From: Negaprion brevirostris
Lineage: Eukaryota
NCBI GenBank assembly: GCA_030324005.1
Contig: JARDVH010000132.1
Coordinates: forward strand, 93,622,277-93,686,276
Reading direction: 5' to 3'
Length of the DNA stretch: 64,000 nucleotides
The notes under the pieces are model-generated. The model was not told the origin of the DNA and made no database searches. It saw nothing but the letters and a program-made list of their open reading frames with translations. The translations under genes and the position numbers were made by a program. Positions 1 through 12,966 of this stretch are shown here, one piece after another (position 1 is the stretch's first letter; every line of letters starts with the position of its first letter).

Positions 1-109
1 ACTCCCTACCATGCCTCGACTTCACCTTCCCAACAAAGTCTCTCAATATTTTCAGTATGTTACCAAATGAACCATCTTCATTTCGGTTAATCACCAGCTA
101 ATGGCTCCT

Positions 110-300
110 GTGAGTCAACATATATGTCTGCTCACTTGGGAGATACTTTGAGGACAGCCCTGGAGCATATTTCCATTATACTCCTGAGAGTCGCCTATGA
201 CCCAACAGCAGCATCCACTCCCAAGCCAACTTGCACAGTATTGAGGTGCTAATCACTCCAAACCAGCTCCACTGGGTGGGCTGTATGCATATTCATTTTT
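110..300 (+). mobile_element. RTE-clade LINE remnant
   Basis: SQANLHSIEVLITPNQLHWVG resembles the RTE ORF C-terminal motif QANIPSIE..I...QLRWAG. Confidence 0.5.
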
Positions 301-429
301 GGAGTCATCTTATGAAGGATCCTGCAAGTGAGATGTGGGAAATTCGCTCAGAACTAGTTGAAGCAACTCATTCAATCATTTGGCCAATTTATGTTCTGCA
401 GAAACAGTCATTCACAAGACTGAAATCAT

Positions 430-1110
430 GAACAGGCCTAAGGCCACCTCTTTTGATTCTGAAAAGTGCCCAGTCTACTTCAAAATACCCTGGAAGAGTA
501 AGGAATCTCAAAAGTTTGAGCAACAGGTGAAACATAGCCATTTCACGCTGCTACGAATTCAGGATGCTGTTGTCAAGCCAAAAATACACTCTCCCTACCA
601 CACAAATGAGTAATGTGGTATGTGAATTTCAGTGTTGATATGATGCCAGGTATGTAAGCCATATGTCCCAGTGCCTATTGGATCATGTCAAACAGCACGT
701 CCTTTTTTCTGTTTGCAACAAGCAGAGAGTACTGACCATCCATGTTTGCAACATCTGCAATTGGACAGCACTAAACAATCCCAAGTGTGTTAAGAATTAT
801 TCCAACAATCAATTTAAGATCAGTTAAGATCACAGTATGGCTCACTTATGCTTGCTAGAACCTACAGTGTTCTGTCCTGCAAACAGAATATGTCCGGGCA
901 TTCGCTTTTTCTCAATTGAACATAGCGTGGGGACAATGGTTACCTGCTGCATTCTCCATGGAAATGCCTCAAGCAATCAGAGTCCACTTGCCAACAAATT
1001 AGCACTCTTTTCACATGCAGTATAAATTGTTGTTCCCTTTGAAATTTGGTATTCTTGGATCTGAACTGGTAAGTGCAAGACAAAAATCTTCAACTATGTC
1101 CCTTTTGCAC
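430..1110 (+). mobile_element. Degenerate Penelope-like element (RT C-terminus and GIY-YIG remnant)
   Basis: EKCPVYFKIPW..KESQKFEQQVK followed by SNVVCEFQC*YDARYV...KQHV; decayed hammerhead-like motif near 1066-1085. Confidence 0.65.
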
Positions 1111-2377
1111 CAATACTTACTATGTCATTAAAAAGGCCAGTCAAGACTTTTTAACAAGATTTCAAACAAGGTTTAAATATTTTGTAAGTCTTAAATGCAA
1201 TAATATTGGGTAATCAGCCATAGTTCATAACAGTACAACAATTTCTGTGTTGATTCCTTCAGCAATGACTGCAATTCCACAGCCTGCGAAGGAGCAGCAG
1301 CATATCACTGACAGAGGCATCTGGGTTTCCATGTTTAACTGTGCATGTGTGGTTGTCAGAAGTTGCTGCCAATTATCCCCAGCAGTCATAGCTGTTATCC
1401 TTGCTATTATTACTAGTGAAATAGGGCCATAATTGAGTGCTGTTTAATTAATATTGGTATCCATACCAACTTAGCCCACATAATAGCTAATTCCACCCTT
1501 TGGCTTTCCCAGCATAGAACACATCACAGGAAGTTGTATACACATAGATCATGCTTTCTATCCATTTAGTTTAATGGGCTGTGCCCTATCATTCCCAAAG
1601 ATGCACTTCCTGAAATCACCACTCCCACAGGGGGTATGGAACTGACCTTTATCTTCCACATTAAATGCAGATAAGCGAAACCAGTCAGCCTGTATTAGCT
1701 CATGTGTCTGAAGAGAACATTTTATATGCCCCATGACACATCGCCCAACTTTATTTTGAATGAATCTGCCTCCACTACTTTAACTGGACGAAAGTTTTAA
1801 TTACATTTTGTGCGGAGAAGTTCATCCTAATCAAATAAATTGTCCTCTCATTAATTTTTTCCTTGTTTTGTTGGCTTGGTTCACTGCAAGGTAATGTTCT
1901 GGATTGCCATAGATATAAGATTTAATGTCTTATATTTTGAGTTCTCCTCTAAGCTGTTTCCTTTCAACAATGCCATTTTAGCATCATGCTTCGTGACTTA
2001 GTCTCTGTTGACCCAGCAGAATAATTCAGTGTTGTTTATTACTGCAGCACAGTGATTTGACATGTTAAGTGCCAAATCTACCATTGTCCCCATTTCCCTT
2101 TCTGCTTCACCTTTAACTATTTCAACACCAATCATTGTGCATTTTTTGAACTTACAATTTCTATCACTTTTTGTCTGTATTTAATTTTGTGTGCTGCTGT
2201 TCTGTCCATTCATATAGCCTTTTATTCCTTTTTTATGTCCTTGACTATATCTTCTGCCTCAACGTTCTCATCCTCCACAGTTTAGTGTACCATAAATGGG
2301 GCCAGTAAGCTTTGGTTTCTGAATTAAATCAAACCACAAATGTACATTTGAAATCCCTTCATTGCTCGAGAGACCAA

Positions 2378-3960
2378 AAACCTGCTTCTGTCAGCCTTAA
2401 ATATATTCAGCTGCGCACATTCACAACCCACTGGGATAGAGAATTCCGAAGCTTGACAACCCTTTGAGTGAAGCAATTTNNNNNNNNNNNNNNTCCCTAA
2501 ATCATTGGTTCCTTATCCTGAAACTGTATCCCCTTGTCCCAGATTCCCCAGCCAGTGAAAATGACCTCTAAATATCTATGCTGTCAAGCATCTTCATAAT
2601 CTTAAATATTTCAATGATATCATTTCCCATTCTTCTAAATATACAGGTTACGTAGAATATATACTCACTTTACAGAGCTTCTCATCATGGGACATCTCTT
2701 TCATTCCAGGGACCAATCAAATGATTCTTTGTTCTACCATCTCCAACACAAGCATACTCTTCATTAGATATGGATACCAAACTGCACGTGGTATTCTAGG
2801 TGTGGCCTCATCAAAGCCTCAAACTATTGTAACAAGATTTCTTTATTCTTCTGCTCCAATCCCTTTCAACAAAAGTCAACAGACCATTTGTTTTCTTAAC
2901 TGCTCACAGTACCTGTTAACTTGTTCCTTGTATAGGTACACCTAAGTCTTTCTGAACATCAACCTTTACAAGTTCCATACTTTTAAAAAATATTGTCATT
3001 TTAATTTCTTACGACCAAAGTGAATAATCTCACATTTCTCCACATTATAGTTCATTTGGCACCTTATACTCATTCACTTAACATGTCTATAATCACATTG
3101 CAGCCTCTTTGTGTTGTCCTTGCATTCCCACTTAGCTTTATATTATCAGCAAACTTATATAGATTACTCTGAAACTCTTCATCTAAGACATTACTATAGG
3201 TTATAAATAGAATGCCTCAGCACTGATCATGTGGCATTCCACAAGTTTCAGCATACCAACTTCAAAATACTCCATTTATTTATACTCATTGATAACTGCC
3301 CGTGAACCAATTTTTTATCGTATTAATATGACATCTCCAACTCCCTGAGCTCTTATGTATTAATCTTCTGCGGGGCACCTTATTGAATGCTATTTGGAAA
3401 TCCAAGTATACTGGTTCCCCTTTACCTACCTTACTAGTTACATTCTCAAAAAGCTCTATACCTTTGTAAAACAGGAATTCTCTTTTGAGGACCAGTTGAT
3501 TTGTTATAATCAAATAATGGTTTTCTATTTACATTGTTAAGACTGCCTTAATAATGGATCCCAACACTTTCCTGATGATAGATGTCAGGCTAACTATCAT
3601 TTGCTGTTTTCTCTCTCCTTCCTTTCTTGAATAGCAGTGTTATATTTGCTGACTTCCAATCTGCTGAAACATTTCCAGAGTCTAAAGAATATTGAAAAGA
3701 TATATATAGAGATAGGACATCCACTATTTCTGCAGCTATCTTTGTAAGGACGCTAGGATATAGGCCACGAGCACCTGGGGATTTGTCAGATTTAAACCCT
3801 TTGAGTTTGTCCAGTACTTTTTTTCTGATATTAATTATTTTAATTTTCTCACTCTATTGGCCCCTAGGTTATCCTTTATTTCTCATATAAAACTTGTGAT
3901 GATGGACCACAGAATATTTTTTCAATGTCTCTGCTATTTCCTCATTGCCCATGATAAGTT
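2378..3960 (-). mobile_element. Degenerate CR1 LINE ORF2 fragment
   Basis: VYLDFQIAFNKVPRRRL (CR1 RT 'DFQKAFDKVPH') in ORF 3286..3513; many stops. Confidence 0.8.
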
Positions 3961-6846
3961 CTCCAAAGGCATATTTTTGTACATCCTAGTATGCCACATT
4001 CTACAATTTTACATGGTAAGATACTTTTAAATAAAAAAAACAGTAATTTTTTTAAACAAACTGAAGATTCAGAAGAGGACATGTGGATGTACTTAACGTT
4101 CATGAAGTGGTAAATATTTTGTCCATTTCTCTTTTTGATGAATTTTCTGCTAATGTGTGTCCAAGCACACCATTGTCCCTCTTGTCTGTCCTCTGTTTAT
4201 GTTTGAATTTTTATATTTTGGCAGATATTTATTAGACTTGGCAATTTATGCCCATTGTCTGCAACAGAATTGATTTTAAGTAAGTTCATACAGCTCTTTT
4301 AACTGGAATGAATTCTTTCATTTAAACACAGATTGCACTTAGTATAGGTTTAGCTACTATGTAGCTCAGAATAAGACATATTTTAGGAAAGGTCAAGTAA
4401 GTCATTTCTACATTATTGAGTTGCTTAATGTTCCATTGAATGGTTTTCATTACCATTAGCAGTAAATTAACATGCACAAAAGCAAAAATTGGCATTTGAA
4501 CGGTTGGTTGGTATCTGCTCAGAATTACCCTGCATTTACCATGGAGAGAAAACCTGAACAGCTGCAGTCAGGATGATCCCTCTGCTGATACATTAAGTAA
4601 GTTATTGTACAATAAATAATAGAGAACCTCATGAGTCCAAGTAGTGTTTTCTGGATGAAGAGAATCCATTCCTTCCCGATCAGTGTTGCTCCTGCAGTAC
4701 TTTTTTTCCGTTTAATATCAGTTTTGAAACATAAATGGTTGGTGTTAATACATTTTTAAACATTGAATGAAATTGAGATCAAAAAAGACATTCTTAAAAC
4801 TGCGGAAATAGATTATTTAGAGATCAACATTTCTAAAGTTTCCACATTTTTGTTAATGTTTTCATTGTCGGTTTGTCAATTGTGCACAATGTTTGAGGTA
4901 TCAAATGGGGTAGGCAAGCAATTCAACTGATACATTTTGATTTTCCCTACTTGGCATGACACAAGCTAGTGGGTGAAAATATCACAAAACCAGAATCCCC
5001 ATAAAGCTTATATTGCATTCTTGTGATCATAAAATTAGAATGATGTTGTGAATTAATATTAGGCACACACCACTACATAGCAATGTTCTCCTGCCATGAT
5101 TACAACTGCGTCCATTATATCAGAGAGACATTCTTAGTACGGTTGTAGCATTTCTCTTCAAGTTGTTTTTAATTTATTGCATTAACATATGAAACACAAA
5201 TCTCTGTATAAAAATTGTCCAAATAAGCACTATAAATGCTGTACTAAAATCTTTTCCTTTTTTTAACAAAAATGTTTTTATCAGAAGTACTGGGAAAGAA
5301 ATCAATGAAGGATTATAATCCTTCAGAATGGATGTTAACACGTAACAACTTCCTAGAGGATTCCCAGTTATCAACAACCATGAAGTACACTTGTGGCAAA
5401 AGTAAAGTGCTGAAACTGAACAGGTTGGTTCTGTAGAACTCAGATATATAAATAATTTTTCATCTCAGGATAATATCTGCTTGCGTTGAATAAAGTGCAT
5501 GGATACATCTAACCGACATTTCTTAGAGGTAAAATTTTGAATCTTCATTGTGGCTACACAATCTTCTTCCCTGCTGCTGACACATCTCACCCCACCAACC
5601 TCCCCAGTGACACCACACCTTCCACCCTCAGACCCCTGAATTAAACTCTTTACTTCCAGCCCGGCTCTGCAAAGTAGCTGCTGGATATTCCTCCACTCCT
5701 TGACAGTATCAGTGAATCCTACTTCAGCTTGCTAGCATTATAGAAATGTCTTCTAATATCCCGTCATTTTAATATACTGCCGTATATCTATTGTCAGTGT
5801 TTGCACTTATTGCAATTAAAGCAGAACTCAAAGAATCACTTACCTTGGGAATGTGTAATCATATTTAGAGGAACATTTCCAGGGAAAATGTCCAATAAAA
5901 CTACAACAACACTTTAGATACATGGACTAATTTTAGTAGAAAATACGTTGTACTTGCATACAAGATGGGTAAATGTACTTCATGTATGTGTACATAACAA
6001 ATTCATTTCAGTATTCAGTGTGAAATGTTGCAGTCTTTCTCTTTTGCCAAAGTTTGGAATTCTGCCATAAATTTATAACACACAGCATATCGTAATGTAA
6101 CAGTGGCTTCAGGCAGGAGAATGGCAATAAGTCATAATGCTGATTCAAAGAACTGGTGCAAACATGACAGGCCAAATGGCCTCCTTTTGCACCCTAACAA
6201 TTCTGTGATTTTAGATTTTTATTCAGCAATTGTGAATGCCTTTATCAAAGTGATCATTGAGAATATTGACTCGCTCAACTGGCAGATGTGTCCCTTCTCT
6301 CCATTTCAAATGCAATTGATGCTTTACTGGCCTTTTATCCATGTTTAAGTTACAGTATTCATTACTGGTTAGCTTTGCTTTTTTGCTGTTAGTCTGCAGC
6401 AGTTATTCCAATGAATCAGCTTAACTATGGTGGCAGCTCCCTCTCTAAACAATCTTCACGGGGTTTCCATGGTGGTGAGGACTGGCATTTTCACCTTGCC
6501 TGGACCATTTCAGTAGGCGATAAGCACTAACCAAATAAGTAAAGCTCATACAACAATTAAAAAACACTCCCATTATCTGCTTCTGATGCACCAATTAACT
6601 AACAAATATACAAAAAGTAAGGCCATGTGAATGTGCGTGTTGAGACTACATGCTCAATGATAACGGCAATTACTCTTTTTATTTATTGATTGAAAATGCA
6701 CAATGTGGTTGCCCAATTAGTCACATGTGGCTAGTGGCCTTTTTTATAAATCCATACTGCTTTATAAATCACACGCTATGTTTAATTAAAACCCCTTTAA
6801 CTAATAACATAATTGATTGGTAATATATGAATTTTATTTTTTCACA

Positions 6847-8350
6847 GCATGTGGGCTGAGAAGGCTAACATGTATTGCCAATTCTTAATCCCCTTCTTGA
6901 ACATTTGCAGCTGTGTGGTGAAGATACACACATGGTGCTGTTAGGGAGGATTTTGACCCAGCGATGATAAAGGAACAACAATATATTTCCAAGTCAGGAT
7001 GGTATGTGACTGGAGGGGAACTTGCAGATGTTGATGTTTCCGTGCATCTGCTCCCCTTATCTTCCTAGGTGGTCAGGTTTCTAGGGTTTCAGAGCTGGTA
7101 CCGAAAAAGACCTGGTGAGTTGCTGCAGTGCATCTTCCAGATGACATATGCAGCTGTCAATATTGGCGTGAATATTTAAGGTGGTAGATGTATTGCTAAT
7201 GAAGCGGGCTGTCTTGTCTTGGATGGTGTTGAGCTTCATGAGTGTTGTTGAAGCTGCACCCATCCAGGCAAGTGGACTGTATTCCATCACACTCCTGACT
7301 TGTGCCTTGTAGAAAGTGGACAGGTTTTGAGGAGTCAGCAGGTGAGTTATTCATCATAGAACTTCTAGCCTTTGAACTGCTCTTGTAGTCACAGTACTTA
7401 CATTTATATGGTTGGTATAGTTACATTTTTGATTAATGGTAATTGTCAGGATGTTGATTGTCAGCAATGGTCATTCCATTAATTGTCATGGGGAGACGAT
7501 TAGCCTTTCTTTTGTGGAAGAAGTTGTTGCCTGGCATTTGTGTGGTGTGCATATTACTAGTCACTCACCAACCCAAGCCTGAAAGTTATCCATATCTTGC
7601 CTCAGGCAGGTAAGAACTGCTTTATTATTTGAGGAGCAGCAAATGAAACTGAACAATACACAATCATCTCCCAACATCTCCACTTTTGACCTTATGATAA
7701 AGGGAAGTTAATTAACAGAGCAACTGAAGGTGGTTGGGTCTAGGACAATGTCCTGAGAACTCCTGTAACAATGTCCTGTGGCTGAAATGGTTGAACTCCA
7801 AAACTATCTTCCCTTGTGTTTGTTATGACTCTAGTCAGTGAAGTGATTTCCTCTGATACCCATTTATTTTGATTTTATTAGGACATTCTCTTATTAAGGG
7901 CAATCACTCTCACCTCACTTCTGGAATTCATCATTTTTCATGTTGGATCAAGTCTATAATGTGATCTNNNNNNNAGTGATCCTGGTGGAACCTAAACTAA
8001 GCATGAGTAAACAGGCTATTGGTAAGTAAGTGCAACTTGATGACTTCTTCCATCATTTTGCTGATGATCGAGAATACACAGATGGAGCGGTAATAGGCTG
8101 GGTTAAATTTTTCCTGACTTCAGGATTTGTCAATTATACATTGTAGTCATACTGTAACAGCTTGTTTAGAAGTGTAGATAATGCTGGAAAACAAGTCTTG
8201 AGTACTGTTAGGCACCAAGGGCGAAATATTGTCAAACTCATAGACGTGGCCATTTCTTAATTTGATGTTGTATGAATTGAATTGGCTGAAGACTGGCTTT
8301 TGTGATGAGGGAGATTTTAGGAGAAGGCTGAGTTAGATTTTTGCTTGGCA
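6847..8350 (-). mobile_element. CR1/L2-group LINE 3' fragment (family recurring in the window)
   Basis: MEYSPLAWMGAASTTLMKLNTIQDK motif; shares 'atatatttccaagtcaggatgg' with copies near 21170, 57260 and 63140. Confidence 0.75.
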
Positions 8351-8521
8351 GTTGTTATCCACTTCCAAGATATAAGATCTTCACTCCTGATTGAGAATAA
8401 TTCAAAATGGCATCAGCTGAAATGAGACATTCCTCAATTTTTATATAATTTTTGACTTGAAACAGTACTTTGCTCTCATGGTACTTGGGTTGGTTGTGAC
8501 TAATATACAACTTCATATGTA

Positions 8522-8653
8522 GGGTGGGATTTTCCAGCTGTGCCCCAAGACCAGAAATTTCTACCTGAGGTCAATGGACCTTTTCATGGTCCATTGAATT
8601 TTTTGCCCTGCCTGCTACGATTCCCGCAATGGGTGGGATGGGAAATTTGCTGC
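8522..8653. mobile_element. About 125-bp MITE-like element with short terminal inverted repeats
   Basis: gggtgggatttt...ggaaattt ends; core 'gaggtcaatggacc' shared with 40172-40287, 55498-55624 and 55867-55991. Confidence 0.6.
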
Positions 8654-10654
8654 CGTAGTTTCAATTCTATCAGACATTCAGGAATTTGGTGAATGCAGAT
8701 ATATATGAAGAGGAAACAATTGCCCTGTGAAGCAACAGCCCTGTGTGAGATGCCATTAATTAATCATTGTCTCATTAAGTGTTAATTCAATAGTTACATA
8801 AACAACGAACTGAAGCTGTTACTGACTTATCTTTGAAGTGTCTTTGAATGTATTCTAAAATATAACGGCTGCCAATATCGCGCGCTGTAGCTAGTGCACT
8901 GCAGATGATATTTCAACTTACTATGCACATGCAATGAGTATAAAATGTCCAGTTAAGATTTTTAAAAGGATTGAGATGTGCACAGTAACAAACAACACCT
9001 TAAAACTATAAAGATTCCTTTTCCAATAAAATGAAAATAAAACATTTTATTGTCTCAAGTTGGTGTCTTTGAAATAAGTGGTTTGATAGCTGTCAATATT
9101 TATTTGTCACAGATTTTCAAGTTTTTAACAAATGCTCCAAAAAGCAGCCCATCCAACAGTTTATTACAGTTCTTCTCTTCCAGTTAACAGCTGGGTTCCA
9201 GAATGATGTGCATAATAGTGATTACATGCTTTTCTCAGTGCACTTCAGTGGTCAATTATTTCAATCATAGCAGTTGTGACATTTGTTCACATAGTACTTA
9301 GAACAGTTATTCTAGGATTTACAATAATTACACTAGTTTGCTTTTGGTTAAGAAATAGCTACAAAACAACGTGTGCTGAGTATGAGTCTGACTGGCTCAC
9401 ACTTAGCAGTTTCTTACATGCATCACCTTTGCCCTGGTTAACCAACTGTTTTTCAAAGGTCCATAATGCATGCCCAAAATGCCACAGCAATTTGAAGTGC
9501 TATTTTTCACAGGCTTTGCTGTAACTCTTTTCTGTGTGAATTCTTTTTTCTTTTTTAGTTACTGCCAATGACATATTGTTAATAGGATAAAAAGACTTCT
9601 GCTTTCAATGCAATGCTGTCAGTGACCTTACACATTGTTCAGTCGTGTTGCAAATCAACATCACTCTGAAGAGTCTATCCTCCAGTTTGACTATGAAAGA
9701 TGCAACGCTCCACCATTTCAATGTTGGTGAGTATCAATTGTTTTTATGTGTTAGTGAACATATGAGCACATAACTATGATTTAGGCTCCACAGACATCAG
9801 ATACTTTGTCCCATAGAACCATAGGCTAAAATACAAGATTTGTATAGACAACTCTGACCTATGAAGATAATAAGGGTGGTATCCACTTTGTTGTCTAAAA
9901 ATGTCCCTGCTGTGACATTTACAACTTGAAGAGAATTGCCTTCTGGCATGTCCAAGGCACTTAATAAGGAAGAAATTAATTTTGAAGTCCGGTCATTGTT
10001 GTTATATTGGGAAGAGGTGGCCATCTAGGTCCCACAAACAGTAATTGAGGTGAATGACCAGTTTATCTGTGTTTTGACAGTGATAGTTGAAGGGAGTTTA
10101 TCAGGATATGAAGAGATTTCCCTGCTGCACCAGGAATAGCATAAATGGAATGTTCAGTTCTGTCTGGATAACAAATCAGTGGCTATGTATAATGACCTGT
10201 AACTAGCCTGCCATAGTACTCTGTAATATTTTGCTTGTGCTAGAANNNNNNNNNNNNNNNNNNNNNNNNNNNNNNNNNNNNNNNNNNNNNNNNNNNNNNN
10301 NNNNNNNNNNNNNNNNNNNNNNNNNNNNNNNNNNNNNNNNNNNNNNNNNNNNNNNNNNNNNNNNNNNNNNNNNNNNNNNNNNNNNNNNNNNNNNNNNNNN
10401 NNNNNNNNNNNNNNNNNNNNNNNNNNNNNNNNNNNNNNNNNNNNNNNNNNNNNNNNNNNNNNNNNNNNNNNNNNNNNNNNNNNNNNNNNNNNNNNNNNNN
10501 NNNNNNNNNNNGATTTAAGTTGCTTTGTCGGATGGTTCCCAGCTCAGGGCAATCTTCTGGGGAAAGTTAACCTTTCTGGACAATTGCCGGATAAACCCTT
10601 ATCTGGGAACTTCCATGAGAGATCCCCACATCCTAAACCTGATGCTGGAGAGCC

Positions 10655-10830
10655 AGGGAGCAATGGTCTAACATCCTATCCAAAATGCAGCATCTCTGAC
10701 AAAGAACACAGCTTGCAATACTGCGACAAAGTATCAATCTCAATTATACATTCAAGTCCTGGTCTGAGACTCATCCTACAGCCTTGCATCACAGTGGTGA
10801 GAATTCTACCACTGAATCCAACCTACATTC
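10655..10830 (-). mobile_element. Deu/SacSINE-like SINE fragment
   Basis: Reverse-complement similarity to the copy at 37840-37970. Confidence 0.5.
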
Positions 10831-12813
10831 ATCAAATAAGTAACATACTTTAAAACACAGCTTTCAGCTGAAAGGGAATATGCCATTTGAGGACTCATTC
10901 TTTTATCCCATATATTCGTGAACTGAGTGACCAACTATCCTGTATTTTAAGGGATTGTTCTATATTTTGATTAGTTCATCTTTTGTCCTTTAAAGGACAT
11001 CATTTCCTTTTATCCCTTATTGTTAAGAGAGGCTGGGAGACTGAACCTCTTTGATTCTCTTGTGACTGTGCACACTTTGCCTGTTGGCCTCCACGGCAAT
11101 TAATAAATCTTTCTGCACCATGCCGACCCCCCCTTCCCCTGTCCTCACCCAGCCAGGTGCTGAAGTTCAATGAGAAAGTCGGTTGGAGAGAGGACTACAC
11201 CATTGGAGCCCGATAATCCAAATCATAATCCCTCTGGGCACTGCTCCTTCTTACCATTATAAGAGGAGGAGGAAGGAGGATTATATCTTTAGCCTATCAA
11301 AAGCAGATGGACTAAACAAATACTCTATTGAATTAGTGTACAATGTTTATTAAAGTGATCAAAGTTTTCAAAGATAAAATATGTTTGGAGAATATTTACA
11401 CCTCACCCAGTAGAAGCCAGTGAAAACGCAATATGTTTTTTTTCAGGTGTCAGTAACTCATGCACCTTTCTGTGGGCATCTCCATTATTTCACTGGGGTT
11501 CCAATTCTGCACGAGTAACTGCAACATATGCAATATGGTGAGGATGTCATAGTTAACTGCCATATGTATCTCAGGTTCATGAGTTGTTTTCCAGTAGCAA
11601 TCACATGGAAGAAAAATTGATATTGAATGCTTAATGAATTGGAGTGATGAGGGCTAAGATCTCTGGCTAATTTTTTCCCCTCTCTTGCCCACACATACTG
11701 AGGTCAGTCATTGTGTGACTAGTGTTTATCCAGCTGAGATCACATTAACTCCTTATGTTCTAAGTGGCTCACTTCCAAACATTGAGGTGCAGGAGTTGCG
11801 TTTTAAAAAGCAGATACTTGTCAGGCAACATTAGATGATCTTTAAATCATGTCAGTTATGCCTCAATACCCTTTCATTCTATTTCTACTAAATTAATCAA
11901 TTTTGGGATCATTCATGCATAGTTACCATGAGCATGCTCAAAAATAGCTATTTGATGATGTGCAAGCCACTGCCTCAACAATGGGAAATGAAGGGACTGA
12001 TTATGGATTGTGTGGCAAACTAATTATGAGCCCCCAGCATAGGCAGCAGCTAACAGTGACAACCATTATGTATCCACTTTGCCTTAAAAAGTAAGTTTGT
12101 ACATGCAGTTTGAATCATCCCATTAAAAAAACTGATCTATTCATTTATGCACATGATCAAAGACCCAGCAAACTGATGAGAAATTGATCCTTCAATTAAT
12201 ATTCAGAAATATCCCAAGGGTGACATTTCAAATGGAGTCCTTCGGATTTATCCCACAATGCTGTGGTTTGAGAGCGGTTTCTTGTTGGGGTAGCACCTTG
12301 CCTTGAACATCAATAAAGCTATTGTCAGTCTGAGAGCGTACCCTGCTGCCAACAGATTTAACTGGAATTCACTTTAATAAAGCTGTCTCGGCAATAACAG
12401 TTTTTTTTGAGGCACCAGAAGAATGTTGCTATAGCAGATGGCAGATGATGATTTTAATCACTGCAGTAATTACTGGATACTCTTAGGTATGAAACATAGC
12501 ACTGCATGACGGGAAATATGTGAAATGGTCCATATCTGGTGTTTGTGTTTACTTTGTTGCTGAATATTTGCAGTGCTGATCTCTATTTCATGCCCAAATT
12601 CCGAGCTGAGGGAAAAATGATTTTACACCTTTTCTTCAGTGTCCGCACAGATGGGATTTATGGTAATGTGGCTGAAGGTTCATTCTGTGGCCAAAGTAAT
12701 ATTGATGATTCTCAGCATTTGCATTATTGTCATTAACATTCCATCTGCCAGAGGGCCAAACCACCTAATGTAGTGTAAGGTCAGGCCAGAAACATGTTCA
12801 GGTCTGAATTGCA

Positions 12814-12966
12814 CTAGTTGATTGCTTCAATCTTCAATGTGCAATTAGCAGCATCTGCTGCACCATGGGAATGACGATACATTGTATAAAGCTCCTCCCA
12901 TTTAGTCCTGTTTGCATTGATTTCATTCAGCAAGGGTTGGACTCTTCCATCCAGCTGAGCCAATGC
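12814..12966 (-). CDS. PDE11A: PDE11A-type last coding exon ([26 protein letters not shown]...EAIN*)
   Basis: Acceptor tttcag|GCA; the NR.KWEEL terminal helix matches the PDE11 C-terminus; TAG stop at 12814-12816. Confidence 0.88.
   Translation of the reverse strand, partial: ALAQLDGRVQPLLNEINANRTKWEELYTMYRHSHGAADAANCTLKIEAIN

Noticed and set aside
11346-12458. Candidate PDE11 polyadenylation signals (minus-strand ATTAAA near 12453 and 12374, AATAAA at 11346-11351)
   Set aside because: Such hexamers are frequent in AT-rich DNA; I cannot choose one without 3'-end data.
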